Source of the DNA: Escherichia coli
Lineage (GTDB): Bacteria; Pseudomonadota; Gammaproteobacteria; Enterobacterales; Enterobacteriaceae
Assembly (NCBI RefSeq): GCF_013122565.1
Contig: NZ_CP053258.1
Reading direction: 5' to 3' (one strand)
DNA: 64,000 nucleotides
Part shown: positions 27,350-39,170 of the stretch, in pieces
Layout: the number at the start of each line of letters is the position of its first letter
Position numbering within the stretch: position 1 is the stretch's first letter
Translations under genes and position numbers: made by a program
The notes under the pieces: model-generated
The model's input: only the letters and a program-made list of their open reading frames with translations
What the model was told of the DNA's origin: nothing
Databases searched by the model: none

Positions 27350-28651
27350 ATGCTAGTTGTAGAACTCATCATAGTTTTGCTGGCGATCTTCTTGGGCGCC
27401 AGATTGGGGGGAATAGGTATTGGTTTTGCAGGCGGATTGGGGGTGCTGGTTCTTGCCGCTATTGGCGTTAAACCCGGTAACATCCCGTTCGATGTCATTT
27501 CCATTATCATGGCGGTTATCGCCGCTATTTCTGCCATGCAGGTTGCTGGCGGTCTGGACTATCTGGTTCATCAGACAGAAAAGCTGCTGCGCCGTAACCC
27601 GAAATACATCACGATCCTCGCACCGATCGTGACCTATTTCCTGACTATCTTTGCTGGTACTGGCAACATCTCTCTGGCGACACTGCCAGTTATCGCTGAA
27701 GTTGCGAAGGAACAAGGCGTTAAACCTTGCCGTCCGCTGTCTACTGCAGTGGTATCCGCGCAGATTGCGATCACCGCATCGCCAATCTCAGCGGCAGTGG
27801 TTTACATGTCTTCCGTGATGGAAGGTCATGGCATCAGCTACCTCCATCTGCTCTCCGTGGTCATCCCGTCCACCCTGCTGGCGGTTCTGGTGATGTCCTT
27901 CCTGGTCACTATGCTGTTCAACTCCAAACTCTCTGACGATCCGATTTATCGCAAGCGTCTGGAAGAGGGCCTGGTTGAACTGCGCGGTGAAAAGCAGATT
28001 GAAATCAAATCCGGTGCAAAAACGTCCGTCTGGCTGTTCCTGCTGGGCGTAGTTGGCGTGGTTATCTATGCAATCATCAACAGCCCAAGCATGGGTCTGG
28101 TTGAAAAACCGCTGATGAACACCACCAACGCAATCCTGATCATCATGCTCAGCGTTGCAACTCTGACCACCGTTATCTGTAAAGTTGATACCGACAACAT
28201 CCTCAACTCCAGCACCTTCAAAGCAGGTATGAGCGCCTGTATTTGTATCCTGGGTGTTGCGTGGCTGGGCGATACTTTCGTTTCCAACAACATCGACTGG
28301 ATCAAAGATACCGCTGGTGAAGTGATTCAGGGTCATCCGTGGCTGCTGGCCGTCATCTTCTTCTTTGCTTCTGCTCTGCTGTACTCTCAGGCCGCAACCG
28401 CAAAAGCACTGATGCCGATGGCTCTGGCACTGAACGTTTCTCCGCTGACCGCTGTTGCTTCTTTCGCTGCGGTGTCTGGTCTGTTCATTCTGCCGACCTA
28501 CCCGACGCTGGTTGCTGCGGTACAGATGGATGACACGGGTACAACTCGTATCGGTAAATTCGTCTTCAACCATCCGTTCTTCATCCCGGGTACTCTGGGT
28601 GTTGCCCTGGCCGTTTGCTTCGGCTTCTTGCTGGGTAGCTTCATGCTGTAA
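27350..28651 (+). CDS. dcuA: anaerobic C4-dicarboxylate transporter DcuA
   Basis: ORF track 433 aa; DcuA/DcuB family. Confidence 0.95.
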   Translation: MLVVELIIVLLAIFLGARLGGIGIGFAGGLGVLVLAAIGVKPGNIPFDVISIIMAVIAAISAMQVAGGLDYLVHQTEKLLRRNPKYITILAPIVTYFLTIFAGTGNISLATLPVIAEVAKEQGVKPCRPLSTAVVSAQIAITASPISAAVVYMSSVMEGHGISYLHLLSVVIPSTLLAVLVMSFLVTMLFNSKLSDDPIYRKRLEEGLVELRGEKQIEIKSGAKTSVWLFLLGVVGVVIYAIINSPSMGLVEKPLMNTTNAILIIMLSVATLTTVICKVDTDNILNSSTFKAGMSACICILGVAWLGDTFVSNNIDWIKDTAGEVIQGHPWLLAVIFFFASALLYSQAATAKALMPMALALNVSPLTAVASFAAVSGLFILPTYPTLVAAVQMDDTGTTRIGKFVFNHPFFIPGTLGVALAVCFGFLLGSFML

Positions 28652-28660
28652 TGACCAATC

Positions 28661-28687
28661 GCGGGGCGTTCACGCCCCGCTTTCTTT
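28661..28687 (+). terminator. rho-independent terminator after dcuA
   Basis: GCGGGGCG-TTCA-CGCCCCGC hairpin followed by T-rich tract. Confidence 0.75.
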
Positions 28688-28766
28688 CCCGCCGACTAAC
28701 ATCCTTCCCCCGTCCGTTGTATAGTGACCTCTCTCTTGCGGTTCCATCTGTTCTTGCGAGGTGTTT

Positions 28767-29105
28767 ATGCTTGATGAAAAAAGTTCGAATACCGCGTCTG
28801 TCGTGGTGCTATGTACCGCACCGGATGAAGCGACAGCCCAGGATTTAGCCGCCAAAGTGCTGGCGGAAAAACTGGCGGCCTGCGCGACCTTGATCCCCGG
28901 CGCTACCTCTCTCTATTACTGGGAAGGTAAGCTGGAGCAAGAATACGAAGTGCAGATGATTTTAAAAACTACCGTATCTCACCAGCAGGCACTGCTGGAA
29001 TGCCTGAAGTCTCATCATCCATATCAAACCCCGGAACTTCTGGTTTTACCTGTTACACACGGAGACACAGATTACCTCTCATGGCTCAACGCATCTTTAC
29101 GCTGA
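28767..29105 (+). CDS. cutA: divalent-cation tolerance protein CutA
   Basis: ORF track 28761..29105; start at [15 protein letters not shown] gives 112 aa. Confidence 0.9.
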
Positions 29106-30778
29106 TCCTGCTACTTTGCAGCACTTCCGTTTTTGCCGGATTATTCGACGTGCCGGGACGTTCACAATTTGTCCCCGCGGATCAAGCCTTTGCTTTTGAT
29201 TTTCAGCAAAACCAACATGACCTGAATCTGACCTGGCAGATCAAAGACGGTTACTACCTCTACCGTAAACAGGTCCGCATTACGCCGGAACACGCGAAAA
29301 TTGCCGACGTGCAGCTGCCGCAAGGCGTCTGGCATGAAGATGAGTTTTACGGCAAAAGCGAGATTTACCGCGATCGGCTGACGCTTCCCGTAACCATCAA
29401 CCAGGCGAGTGCGGGAGCGACGTTAACTGTCACCTACCAGGGCTGTGCTGATGCCGGTTTCTGTTATCCGCCAGAAACCAAAACCGTTCCGTTAAGCGAA
29501 GTGGTCGCCAACAACGCAGCGTCACAGCCTGTGTCTGTTCCGCAGCAAGAGCAGCCCACCGCGCAATTGCCCTTTTCCGCGCTCTGGGCGTTGTTGATCG
29601 GTATTGGTATCGCCTTTACGCCATGCGTGCTGCCAATGTACCCACTAATTTCTGGCATCGTGCTGGGCGGTAAACAGCGGCTTTCCACTGCCAGGGCATT
29701 GTTGCTGACCTTTATTTATGTGCAGGGGATGGCGCTGACTTACACGGCACTGGGTCTGGTGGTTGCCGCCGCAGGGTTACAGTTCCAGGCGGCGCTACAG
29801 CACCCATACGTGCTCATTGGCCTCGCCATCGTCTTTACCTTGCTGGCGATGTCAATGTTTGGCTTGTTTACTCTGCAACTCCCCTCTTCGCTGCAAACGC
29901 GCCTCACGCTGATGAGCAATCGCCAACAGGGCGGCTCACCTGGCGGTGTGTTTATTATGGGGGCGATTGCCGGACTGATCTGTTCACCATGCACCACCGC
30001 ACCGCTTAGCGCGATTCTGCTGTATATCGCCCAAAGCGGAAACATGTGGCTGGGCGGCGGCACGCTTTATCTCTATGCGTTGGGCATGGGCCTGCCGCTG
30101 ATGCTAATTACCATCTTTGGTAACCGCTTGCTGCCGAAAAGCGGCCCGTGGATGGAACAAGTCAAAACCGCGTTTGGTTTTGTGATCCTCGCACTGCCGG
30201 TCTTCCTGCTGGAGCGAGTGATTGGTGATATATGGGGATTACGCTTGTGGTCGGCGCTTGGTGTCGCCTTCTTTGGCTGGGCCTTTATCACCAGCCTACA
30301 GGCCAAACGCGGCTGGATGCGCGTGGTGCAAATAATCCTGCTGGCAGCGGCATTGGTTAGCGTACGCCCACTTCAGGATTGGGCATTTGGTGCGACGCAT
30401 ACCGCGCAAACTCAGACGCATCTCAACTTTACGCAAATAAAAACGGTAGATGAGTTAAATCAGGCGCTCGTTGAAGCCAAAGGCAAACCGGTGATGTTAG
30501 ATCTCTATGCCGACTGGTGCGTCGCCTGTAAAGAGTTTGAGAAATACACCTTCAGCGACCCGCAGGTGCAAAAAGCGTTAGCAGACACGGTCTTACTTCA
30601 AGCCAACGTCACTGCTAACGACGCCCAAGATGTGGCGCTGTTAAAGCATCTTAATGTCCTTGGCCTACCGACAATTCTCTTTTTTGACGGACAAGGCCAG
30701 GAGCATCCACAAGCACGCGTCACGGGCTTTATGGATGCTGAAACCTTCAGCGCACATTTGCGCGATCGCCAACCGTGA
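29081..30778 (+). CDS. dsbD: thiol:disulfide interchange protein DsbD
   Basis: ORF track 29000..30778; start at [13 protein letters not shown] gives 565 aa; C-terminal thioredoxin CVAC motif; overlaps cutA 3' end. Confidence 0.93.
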
Positions 30779-30814
30779 ACGACACTTGCAGTGGGAAAGA
30801 CGGAGGAAAATAGC

Positions 30815-31390
30815 GTGCAACGTGAAGATGTACTGGGAGAAGCCCTGAAATTATTAGAATTACAAGGGATTGCCAACACCACGCTGGAGATGGTTGCTGA
30901 ACGTGTGGATTATCCACTGGACGAGCTGCGCCGCTTCTGGCCAGACAAAGAGGCAATCCTCTACGATGCGCTGCGTTATCTTAGCCAACAGATAGATGTC
31001 TGGCGTCGTCAGCTGATGCTGGACGAAACGCAAACCGCCGAACAAAAGCTGCTGGCACGTTATCAGGCGTTATCGGAGTGCGTTAAAAACAACCGCTATC
31101 CGGGCTGTCTATTTATCGCTGCCTGTACGTTTTATCCCGATCCTGGCCACCCTATTCATCAACTGGCCGATCAGCAAAAAAGCGCGGCCTACGATTTCAC
31201 CCACGAACTGTTAACCACGCTGGAAGTTGACGATCCGGCGATGGTAGCAAAGCAGATGGAACTGGTGCTGGAAGGCTGTTTAAGCCGAATGCTGGTGAAT
31301 CGTAGCCAGGCGGATGTCGACACCGCACATCGGCTGGCGGAAGATATCCTGCGCTTCGCCCGCTGCCGCCAGGGTGGCGCACTGACCTGA
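30815..31390 (+). CDS. yjdC: TetR-family transcriptional regulator YjdC
   Basis: ORF track 30791..31390; N-terminal HTH; exact start (GTG at 30815 versus ATG at 30791) uncertain. Confidence 0.75.
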
Positions 31391-31496
31391 CAGAAACACA
31401 GAAAAGAAGCGATTTGCCGCAATCTTAAGCAGTTGAATCGCTTTTACTGAAATTAGGTTGACGAGATGTGCAGATTACGGTTTAATGCGCCCCGTT

Positions 31497-31572
31497 GCCC
31501 GGATAGCTCAGTCGGTAGAGCAGGGGATTGAAAATCCCCGTGTCCTTGGTTCGATTCCGAGTCCGGGCACCA
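31497..31572 (+). tRNA. pheU: tRNA-Phe (anticodon GAA)
   Basis: GCCCGGATAGCTCAGTCGGTAGAGCAGGGGATTGAAAATCCCCGTGTCCTTGGTTCGATTCCGAGTCCGGGCACCA; 76 nt; which of the two K-12 Phe tRNA genes it is follows from position next to cadC. Confidence 0.93.
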
Positions 31573-31583
31573 AATTCATATAA

Positions 31584-31610
31584 ACGGACCTCCACGGAGG
31601 TCCGTTTTTC
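31584..31610 (+). terminator. rho-independent terminator after tRNA-Phe
   Basis: GGACCTCC...GGAGGTCC stem followed by TTTTTC. Confidence 0.75.
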
Positions 31611-32188
31611 GTTTCAGGACGCCACGATTTAAGCGTTCTGCCTACAAATCAATTCTCCCGAACTCAACCAGATTCTCCCCACATCACCAGCATTTTGCGG
31701 GTATATCCCAATTAGGGAAAATTTGTTCCTGAGCGATAGCACTGACTGACGTGAAATGTCGTGCGGCCCCGTGATGCTGTTGAACGTCAAATGACGTCAT
31801 CAGGAGCGTAACGCATCCATAAAGCACAACACCGGTCTGAACGGCGACTGATGAGATTTTCTGAATGAGAACAAAGAGAAATTTATCAGTCCGCTTGCTC
31901 ATGCAAAGACTAACAATCCATTAAAATAGTAAGCGCTCCGGACAATTTTCCATGGATTATTTTCTGAACATTTTTCTTTGGCAAAGATGATGAATTTTGA
32001 TGGTAAGGAATATTACTTCTGGTTCTCAGTAAAATCCTTTCGTAATACTATGTAATCAAGAAGTTTATGGCTGGTAAAAATAACGTCTTGCATTCACCAA
32101 TAATATGTAAATAAACCCATCTATAGATGGTAAAAATAGGTTGTGGCAATTATCATTGCATCATTCCCTTTTCGAATGAGTTTCTATT

Positions 32189-33727
32189 ATGCAACAACCT
32201 GTAGTTCGCGTTGGCGAATGGCTTGTTACTCCGTCCATAAACCAAATTAGCCGCAATGGGCGTCAACTTACCCTTGAGCCGAGATTAATCGATCTTCTGG
32301 TTTTCTTTGCTCAACACAGTGGCGAAGTACTTAGCAGGGATGAACTTATCGATAATGTCTGGAAGAGAAGTATTGTCACCAATCACGTTGTGACGCAGAG
32401 TATCTCAGAACTACGTAAGTCATTAAAAGATAATGATGAAGATAGTCCTGTCTATATCGCTACTGTACCAAAGCGCGGCTATAAATTAATGGTGCCGGTT
32501 ATCTGGTACAGCGAAGAAGAGGGAGAGGAAATAATGCTATCTTCGCCTCCCCCTATACCAGAGGCGGTTCCTGCCACAGATTCTCCCTCCCACAGTCTTA
32601 ACATTCAAAACACCGCAACACCACCTGAACAATCCCCAGTTAGAAGCAAACGATTCACTACATTTTGGGTATGGTTTTTTTTCCTGTTGTCGTTAGGTAT
32701 CTGTGTAGCACTGGTAGCGTTTTCAAGTCTTGATACACGTCTTCCGATGAGCAAATCGCGTATTTTGCTCAATCCACGCGATATTGACATTAATATGGTA
32801 AATAAAAGTTGTAACAGCTGGAGTTCCCCGTATCAGCTCTCTTACGCGATAGGCGTGGGTGATTTGGTGGCAACATCACTTAACACCTTCTCCACCTTTA
32901 TGGTGCATGACAAAATCAACTACAACATTGATGAACCGAGCAGTTCCGGTAAAACATTATCTATTGCGTTTGTTAATCAGCGCCAATACCGTGCTCAACA
33001 ATGCTTTATGTCGGTAAAATTGGTAGACAATGCAGATGGTTCAACCATGCTGGATAAACGTTATGTCATCACTAACGGCAATCAGCTGGCGATTCAAAAT
33101 GATTTACTGGATAGTTTATCAAAAGCGTTAAACCAACCGTGGCCACAACGAATGCAGGAGATGCTCCAGCAAATTTTGCCTCATCGTGGTGCGTTATTAA
33201 CTAATTTTTATCAGGCACATGATTATTTACTGCATGGCGATGATAAATCATTGAACCGTGCCAGTGAATTATTAGGTGAGATTGTTCAATCATCCCCAGA
33301 ATTTACCTACGCGAGAGCAGAAAAAGCATTAGTTGATATCGTGCGCCATTCTCAACATCCTTTAGATGAAAAACAATTAGCAGCACTGAACACAGAAATA
33401 GATAACATTGTTACACTACCGGAATTGAATAACCTGTCCATTATATATCAAATAAAAGCGGTCAGTGCTCTGGTAAAAGGTAAAACAGATGAGTCTTACC
33501 AGGCGATAAATACTGGCATTGATCTTGAAATGTCCTGGCTAAATTATGTATTGCTTGGCAAGGTTTATGAAATGAAGGGGATGAACCGGGAAGCAGCTGA
33601 TGCATATCTCACCGCCTTTAATTTACGCCCAGGGGCAAACACCCTTTACTGGATTGAAAATGGTATATTCCAGACTTCTGTTCCTTATGTTGTACCTTAT
33701 CTCGACAAATTTCTCGCTTCAGAATAA
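32189..33727 (+). CDS. cadC: membrane-integrated ToxR-like transcriptional activator CadC
   Basis: ORF track 512 aa; N-terminal winged-helix OmpR-like DNA-binding domain, single TM, periplasmic sensor. Confidence 0.95.
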   Translation: MQQPVVRVGEWLVTPSINQISRNGRQLTLEPRLIDLLVFFAQHSGEVLSRDELIDNVWKRSIVTNHVVTQSISELRKSLKDNDEDSPVYIATVPKRGYKLMVPVIWYSEEEGEEIMLSSPPPIPEAVPATDSPSHSLNIQNTATPPEQSPVRSKRFTTFWVWFFFLLSLGICVALVAFSSLDTRLPMSKSRILLNPRDIDINMVNKSCNSWSSPYQLSYAIGVGDLVATSLNTFSTFMVHDKINYNIDEPSSSGKTLSIAFVNQRQYRAQQCFMSVKLVDNADGSTMLDKRYVITNGNQLAIQNDLLDSLSKALNQPWPQRMQEMLQQILPHRGALLTNFYQAHDYLLHGDDKSLNRASELLGEIVQSSPEFTYARAEKALVDIVRHSQHPLDEKQLAALNTEIDNIVTLPELNNLSIIYQIKAVSALVKGKTDESYQAINTGIDLEMSWLNYVLLGKVYEMKGMNREAADAYLTAFNLRPGANTLYWIENGIFQTSVPYVVPYLDKFLASE

Positions 33728-34092
33728 GTAACCCCCGGGTTGATTCATGCTCGGGAATATTTGTTGTTGAGTTTTTGTATGTTCCTGTTGGTATAATATG
33801 TTGCGGCAATTTATTTGCCGCATAATTTTTATTACATAAATTTAACCAGAAGACGTCACGCAATCTATTGTAAACATTGAATGTTTATCTTTTCATGATA
33901 TCAACTTGCGATCCTGATGTGTTAATAAAAAACCTCAAGTTCTCACTTACAGAAACTTTTGTGTTATTTCACCTAATCTTTAGGATTAATCCTTTTTTCG
34001 TGAGTAATCTTAGCGCCAGTTTGGTCTGGTCAGGAAATAGTTATACATCATGACCCGGACTCCAAATTCAAAAATGAAATTAGGAGAAGAGC
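33728..34092 (+). promoter_or_regulatory. cadBA promoter/regulatory intergenic region (expected CadC-dependent Pcad)
   Basis: 365-bp AT-rich spacer between cadC and cadB; function inferred from established cad regulation, sites not individually mapped. Confidence 0.5.
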
Positions 34093-35427
34093 ATGAGTTC
34101 TGCCAAGAAGATCGGGCTATTTGCCTGTACCGGTGTTGTTGCCGGTAATATGATGGGGAGCGGTATTGCATTATTACCTGCGAACCTAGCAAGTATCGGT
34201 GGTATTGCTATCTGGGGTTGGATTATCTCTATTATTGGTGCAATGTCGCTGGCGTATGTATATGCCCGACTGGCAACAAAAAACCCGCAACAAGGTGGCC
34301 CAATTGCTTATGCCGGAGAAATTTCTCCTGCATTTGGTTTTCAGACAGGTGTTCTTTATTACCATGCTAACTGGATTGGTAACCTGGCGATTGGTATTAC
34401 CGCTGTATCTTATCTTTCCACCTTCTTCCCAGTATTAAATGATCCTGTTCCGGCGGGTATAGCCTGTATTGCTATCGTCTGGGTATTTACCTTTGTAAAT
34501 ATGCTCGGCGGTACCTGGGTAAGCCGTTTAACCACTATTGGTCTGGTGCTGGTTCTTATTCCTGTGGTGATGACTGCTATTGTTGGCTGGCATTGGTTTG
34601 ATGCGGCAACTTATGCAGCAAACTGGAATACTGCGGATACCACTGATGGTCATGCGATCATTAAAAGTATTCTGCTCTGCCTGTGGGCCTTCGTGGGTGT
34701 TGAATCCGCAGCTGTAAGTACTGGTATGGTTAAAAACCCGAAACGTACCGTTCCGCTGGCAACCATGCTGGGTACTGGTTTAGCAGGTATTGTTTACATC
34801 GCTGCGACTCAGGTGCTTTCCGGTATGTATCCGTCTTCTGTAATGGCGGCTTCCGGTGCTCCGTTTGCAATCAGTGCTTCAACTATCCTCGGTAACTGGG
34901 CTGCGCCGCTGGTTTCTGCATTCACCGCCTTTGCGTGCCTGACTTCTCTGGGCTCCTGGATGATGTTGGTAGGCCAGGCAGGTGTACGTGCCGCTAACGA
35001 CGGTAACTTCCCGAAAGTTTATGGTGAAGTCGACAGCAACGGTATTCCGAAAAAAGGTCTGCTGCTGGCTGCAGTGAAAATGACTGCCCTGATGATCCTC
35101 ATCACTCTGATGAACTCTGCCGGTGGTAAAGCATCTGACCTGTTCGGTGAACTGACCGGTATCGCAGTACTGCTGACTATGCTGCCGTACTTCTACTCTT
35201 GCGTTGACCTGATTCGTTTTGAAGGCGTTAACATCCGCAACTTTGTCAGCCTGATCTGCTCTGTACTGGGTTGCGTGTTCTGCTTCATCGCGCTGATGGG
35301 CGCAAGCTCCTTCGAGCTGGCAGGTACCTTCATCGTCAGCCTGATTATCCTGATGTTCTACGCTCGCAAAATGCACGAGCGCCAGAGCCACTCAATGGAT
35401 AACCACACCGCGTCTAACGCACATTAA
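34093..35427 (+). CDS. cadB: lysine:cadaverine antiporter
   Basis: ORF track 444 aa; APC superfamily. Confidence 0.95.
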   Translation: MSSAKKIGLFACTGVVAGNMMGSGIALLPANLASIGGIAIWGWIISIIGAMSLAYVYARLATKNPQQGGPIAYAGEISPAFGFQTGVLYYHANWIGNLAIGITAVSYLSTFFPVLNDPVPAGIACIAIVWVFTFVNMLGGTWVSRLTTIGLVLVLIPVVMTAIVGWHWFDAATYAANWNTADTTDGHAIIKSILLCLWAFVGVESAAVSTGMVKNPKRTVPLATMLGTGLAGIVYIAATQVLSGMYPSSVMAASGAPFAISASTILGNWAAPLVSAFTAFACLTSLGSWMMLVGQAGVRAANDGNFPKVYGEVDSNGIPKKGLLLAAVKMTALMILITLMNSAGGKASDLFGELTGIAVLLTMLPYFYSCVDLIRFEGVNIRNFVSLICSVLGCVFCFIALMGASSFELAGTFIVSLIILMFYARKMHERQSHSMDNHTASNAH

Positions 35428-35506
35428 TTAAAAGTATTTTCCGAGGCTCCTCCTTTCATTTTGTCCCATGTGTTGGGAGGGGCCTTTTTTACCTGGAGAT
35501 ATGACT

Positions 35507-37654
35507 ATGAACGTTATTGCAATATTGAATCACATGGGGGTTTATTTTAAAGAAGAACCCATCCGTGAACTTCATCGCGCGCTTGAACGTCTGAACTTCC
35601 AGATTGTTTACCCGAACGACCGTGACGACTTATTAAAACTGATCGAAAACAATGCGCGTCTGTGCGGCGTTATTTTTGACTGGGATAAATATAATCTCGA
35701 GCTGTGCGAAGAAATTAGCAAAATGAACGAGAACCTGCCGTTGTACGCGTTCGCTAATACGTATTCCACTCTCGATGTAAGCCTGAATGACCTGCGTTTA
35801 CAGATTAGCTTCTTTGAATATGCGCTGGGTGCTGCTGAAGATATTGCTAATAAGATCAAGCAGACCACTGACGAATATATCAACACTATTCTGCCTCCGC
35901 TGACCAAAGCGCTGTTTAAATATGTTCGTGAAGGTAAATATACTTTCTGTACTCCTGGTCACATGGGCGGTACTGCATTCCAGAAAAGCCCGGTAGGTAG
36001 CCTGTTCTATGATTTCTTTGGTCCGAATACCATGAAATCTGATATTTCCATTTCAGTATCTGAACTGGGTTCTCTGCTGGATCACAGTGGTCCACACAAA
36101 GAAGCAGAACAGTATATCGCTCGCGTCTTTAACGCAGACCGCAGCTACATGGTGACCAACGGTACTTCCACTGCGAACAAAATTGTTGGTATGTACTCTG
36201 CTCCGGCAGGCAGCACCATTCTGATTGACCGTAACTGCCACAAATCGCTGACCCACCTGATGATGATGAGCGATGTTACGCCAATCTATTTCCGCCCGAC
36301 CCGTAACGCTTACGGTATTCTTGGTGGTATCCCACAGAGTGAATTCCAGCACGCTACCATTGCTAAGCGCGTGAAAGAAACACCAAACGCAACCTGGCCG
36401 GTACATGCTGTAATTACTAACTCTACCTATGATGGTCTGCTGTACAACACCGACTTCATCAAGAAAACACTGGATGTGAAATCCATCCACTTTGACTCCG
36501 CGTGGGTACCTTACACCAACTTCTCACCGATTTACGAAGGTAAATGCGGTATGAGCGGTGGCCGTGTAGAAGGGAAAGTGATTTACGAAACCCAGTCTAC
36601 TCACAAACTGCTGGCGGCGTTCTCTCAGGCTTCCATGATCCACGTTAAAGGTGACGTAAACGAAGAAACCTTTAACGAAGCCTACATGATGCACACCACC
36701 ACTTCTCCGCACTACGGTATCGTGGCGTCCACTGAAACCGCTGCGGCGATGATGAAAGGCAATGCAGGTAAGCGTCTGATCAACGGTTCCATTGAACGTG
36801 CGATCAAATTCCGTAAAGAGATCAAACGTCTGAGAACGGAATCTGATGGCTGGTTCTTTGATGTATGGCAACCGGATCATATCGATACGACTGAATGCTG
36901 GCCGCTGCGTTCTGACAGCACCTGGCACGGCTTCAAAAACATCGATAACGAGCACATGTATCTTGACCCGATCAAAGTCACCCTGCTGACTCCGGGGATG
37001 GAAAAAGACGGCACCATGAGCGACTTTGGTATTCCGGCCAGCATCGTGGCGAAATACCTCGACGAACATGGCATCGTTGTTGAGAAAACCGGTCCGTATA
37101 ACCTGCTGTTCCTGTTCAGCATCGGTATCGATAAGACCAAAGCACTGAGCCTGCTGCGTGCTCTGACTGACTTCAAACGTGCGTTCGACCTGAACCTGCG
37201 TGTGAAAAACATGCTGCCGTCTCTGTATCGTGAAGATCCTGAATTCTATGAAAACATGCGTATTCAGGAACTGGCTCAGAATATCCACAAACTGATTGTT
37301 CACCACAATCTGCCGGATCTGATGTATCGCGCATTTGAAGTGCTGCCGACAATGGTAATGACTCCGTATGCTGCGTTCCAGAAAGAGCTGCACGGTATGA
37401 CCGAAGAAGTTTACCTCGACGAAATGGTAGGTCGTATTAACGCCAATATGATCCTTCCATATCCGCCGGGAGTTCCTCTGGTAATGCCGGGTGAAATGAT
37501 CACCGAAGAAAGCCGTCCGGTTCTGGAGTTCCTGCAGATGCTGTGTGAAATCGGCGCTCACTATCCGGGCTTTGAAACCGATATTCACGGTGCATACCGT
37601 CAGGCTGATGGCCGCTATACCGTTAAGGTATTGAAAGAAGAAAGCAAAAAATAA
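35507..37654 (+). CDS. cadA: inducible lysine decarboxylase
   Basis: ORF track 35468..37654; start at MNVIAILNHMGVYF gives 715 aa; PLP-fold Orn/Lys/Arg decarboxylase. Confidence 0.96.
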   Translation: MNVIAILNHMGVYFKEEPIRELHRALERLNFQIVYPNDRDDLLKLIENNARLCGVIFDWDKYNLELCEEISKMNENLPLYAFANTYSTLDVSLNDLRLQISFFEYALGAAEDIANKIKQTTDEYINTILPPLTKALFKYVREGKYTFCTPGHMGGTAFQKSPVGSLFYDFFGPNTMKSDISISVSELGSLLDHSGPHKEAEQYIARVFNADRSYMVTNGTSTANKIVGMYSAPAGSTILIDRNCHKSLTHLMMMSDVTPIYFRPTRNAYGILGGIPQSEFQHATIAKRVKETPNATWPVHAVITNSTYDGLLYNTDFIKKTLDVKSIHFDSAWVPYTNFSPIYEGKCGMSGGRVEGKVIYETQSTHKLLAAFSQASMIHVKGDVNEETFNEAYMMHTTTSPHYGIVASTETAAAMMKGNAGKRLINGSIERAIKFRKEIKRLRTESDGWFFDVWQPDHIDTTECWPLRSDSTWHGFKNIDNEHMYLDPIKVTLLTPGMEKDGTMSDFGIPASIVAKYLDEHGIVVEKTGPYNLLFLFSIGIDKTKALSLLRALTDFKRAFDLNLRVKNMLPSLYREDPEFYENMRIQELAQNIHKLIVHHNLPDLMYRAFEVLPTMVMTPYAAFQKELHGMTEEVYLDEMVGRINANMILPYPPGVPLVMPGEMITEESRPVLEFLQMLCEIGAHYPGFETDIHGAYRQADGRYTVKVLKEESKK

Positions 37655-37712
37655 TTAGCTCGTACAAGGGAAGTGGCTTGCCACTTCCCTTTTTTGCTCA
37701 TAAGGAGAACAC

Positions 37713-39170
37713 ATGAAAACACCCTCACAGCCGCGCGCGATATACTATATCGTGGCGATCCAAATCTGGGAGTACTTCAGTTTTTACGGCATGCGTGCCT
37801 TACTCATTCTCTATCTCACCCATCAGCTTGGTTTTGATGATAACCATGCCATCAGCCTGTTCAGCGCATATGCTTCTCTGGTTTACGTTACCCCTATTCT
37901 CGGCGGCTGGCTTGCCGACCGCCTGCTCGGCAACCGCACTGCAGTGATTGCCGGCGCGCTGTTAATGACCCTTGGCCATGTGGTGCTGGGCATTGATACA
38001 AATTCAACCTTTAGCCTGTATCTGGCGCTGGCAATCATTATTTGTGGCTACGGTTTATTCAAATCAAACATCAGCTGTTTGCTTGGCGAGCTCTACGACG
38101 AGAACGATCATCGACGTGATGGCGGTTTTTCGCTGCTGTATGCTGCGGGCAATATCGGTTCTATCGCCGCCCCCATCGCCTGCGGCCTAGCTGCTCAGTG
38201 GTATGGATGGCATGTTGGCTTTGCCCTTGCGGGTGGCGGCATGTTTATCGGTTTGTTGATTTTCTTAAGCGGTCATCGTCATTTCCAGTCCACGCGTAGT
38301 ATGGATAAAAAAGCGCTCACTAGCGTGAAATTTGCCTTACCAGTATGGAGCTGGTTAGTGGTGATGCTCTGTTTAGCCCCAGTATTTTTTACCCTGCTGC
38401 TGGAGAACGACTGGTCCGGATATTTGCTGGCGATCGTTTGCCTCATTGCCGCACAAATCATTGCCCGCATGATGATCAAATTCCCCGAACACCGCCGTGC
38501 TCTTTGGCAAATTGTATTGTTGATGTTTGTCGGGACATTGTTCTGGGTACTGGCACAACAGGGCGGCAGTACCATCAGCTTGTTTATCGATCGCTTTGTG
38601 AATCGTCAGGCATTCAATATTGAAGTACCTACAGCACTATTCCAGTCGGTGAATGCAATTGCGGTGATGCTCGCTGGGGTTGTTCTGGCCTGGCTGGCGT
38701 CGCCAGAAAGTCACGGCAACTCAACATTGCGCGTCTGGCTGAAGTTTGCCTTTGGCTTACTGCTGATGGCTTGTGGGTTTATGTTGCTGGCATTTGATGC
38801 CCGACATGCAGCAGCTGACGGTCAAGCGTCAATGGGCGTGATGATATCCGGGCTGGCGCTAATGGGCTTTGCCGAACTCTTTATTGACCCGGTGGCGATT
38901 GCGCAAATCACGCGTCTGAAAATGTCTGGCGTATTAACCGGTATTTATATGCTGGCAACAGGCGCGGTCGCCAACTGGCTGGCAGGCGTCGTGGCACAGC
39001 AGACGACAGAGTCGCAAATTAGCGGTATGGCAATTGCAGCTTACCAGCGATTCTTTTCTCAGATGGGAGAGTGGACGTTGGCTTGTGTCGCGATCATCGT
39101 GGTATTGGCCTTTGCTACCCGTTTTCTGTTTAGCACGCCGACGAATATGATACAGGAGAGCAACGATTAA
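37713..39170 (+). CDS. dtpC: proton-dependent dipeptide/tripeptide permease DtpC (YjdL), POT family
   Basis: ORF track 485 aa. Confidence 0.92.
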   Translation: MKTPSQPRAIYYIVAIQIWEYFSFYGMRALLILYLTHQLGFDDNHAISLFSAYASLVYVTPILGGWLADRLLGNRTAVIAGALLMTLGHVVLGIDTNSTFSLYLALAIIICGYGLFKSNISCLLGELYDENDHRRDGGFSLLYAAGNIGSIAAPIACGLAAQWYGWHVGFALAGGGMFIGLLIFLSGHRHFQSTRSMDKKALTSVKFALPVWSWLVVMLCLAPVFFTLLLENDWSGYLLAIVCLIAAQIIARMMIKFPEHRRALWQIVLLMFVGTLFWVLAQQGGSTISLFIDRFVNRQAFNIEVPTALFQSVNAIAVMLAGVVLAWLASPESHGNSTLRVWLKFAFGLLLMACGFMLLAFDARHAAADGQASMGVMISGLALMGFAELFIDPVAIAQITRLKMSGVLTGIYMLATGAVANWLAGVVAQQTTESQISGMAIAAYQRFFSQMGEWTLACVAIIVVLAFATRFLFSTPTNMIQESND

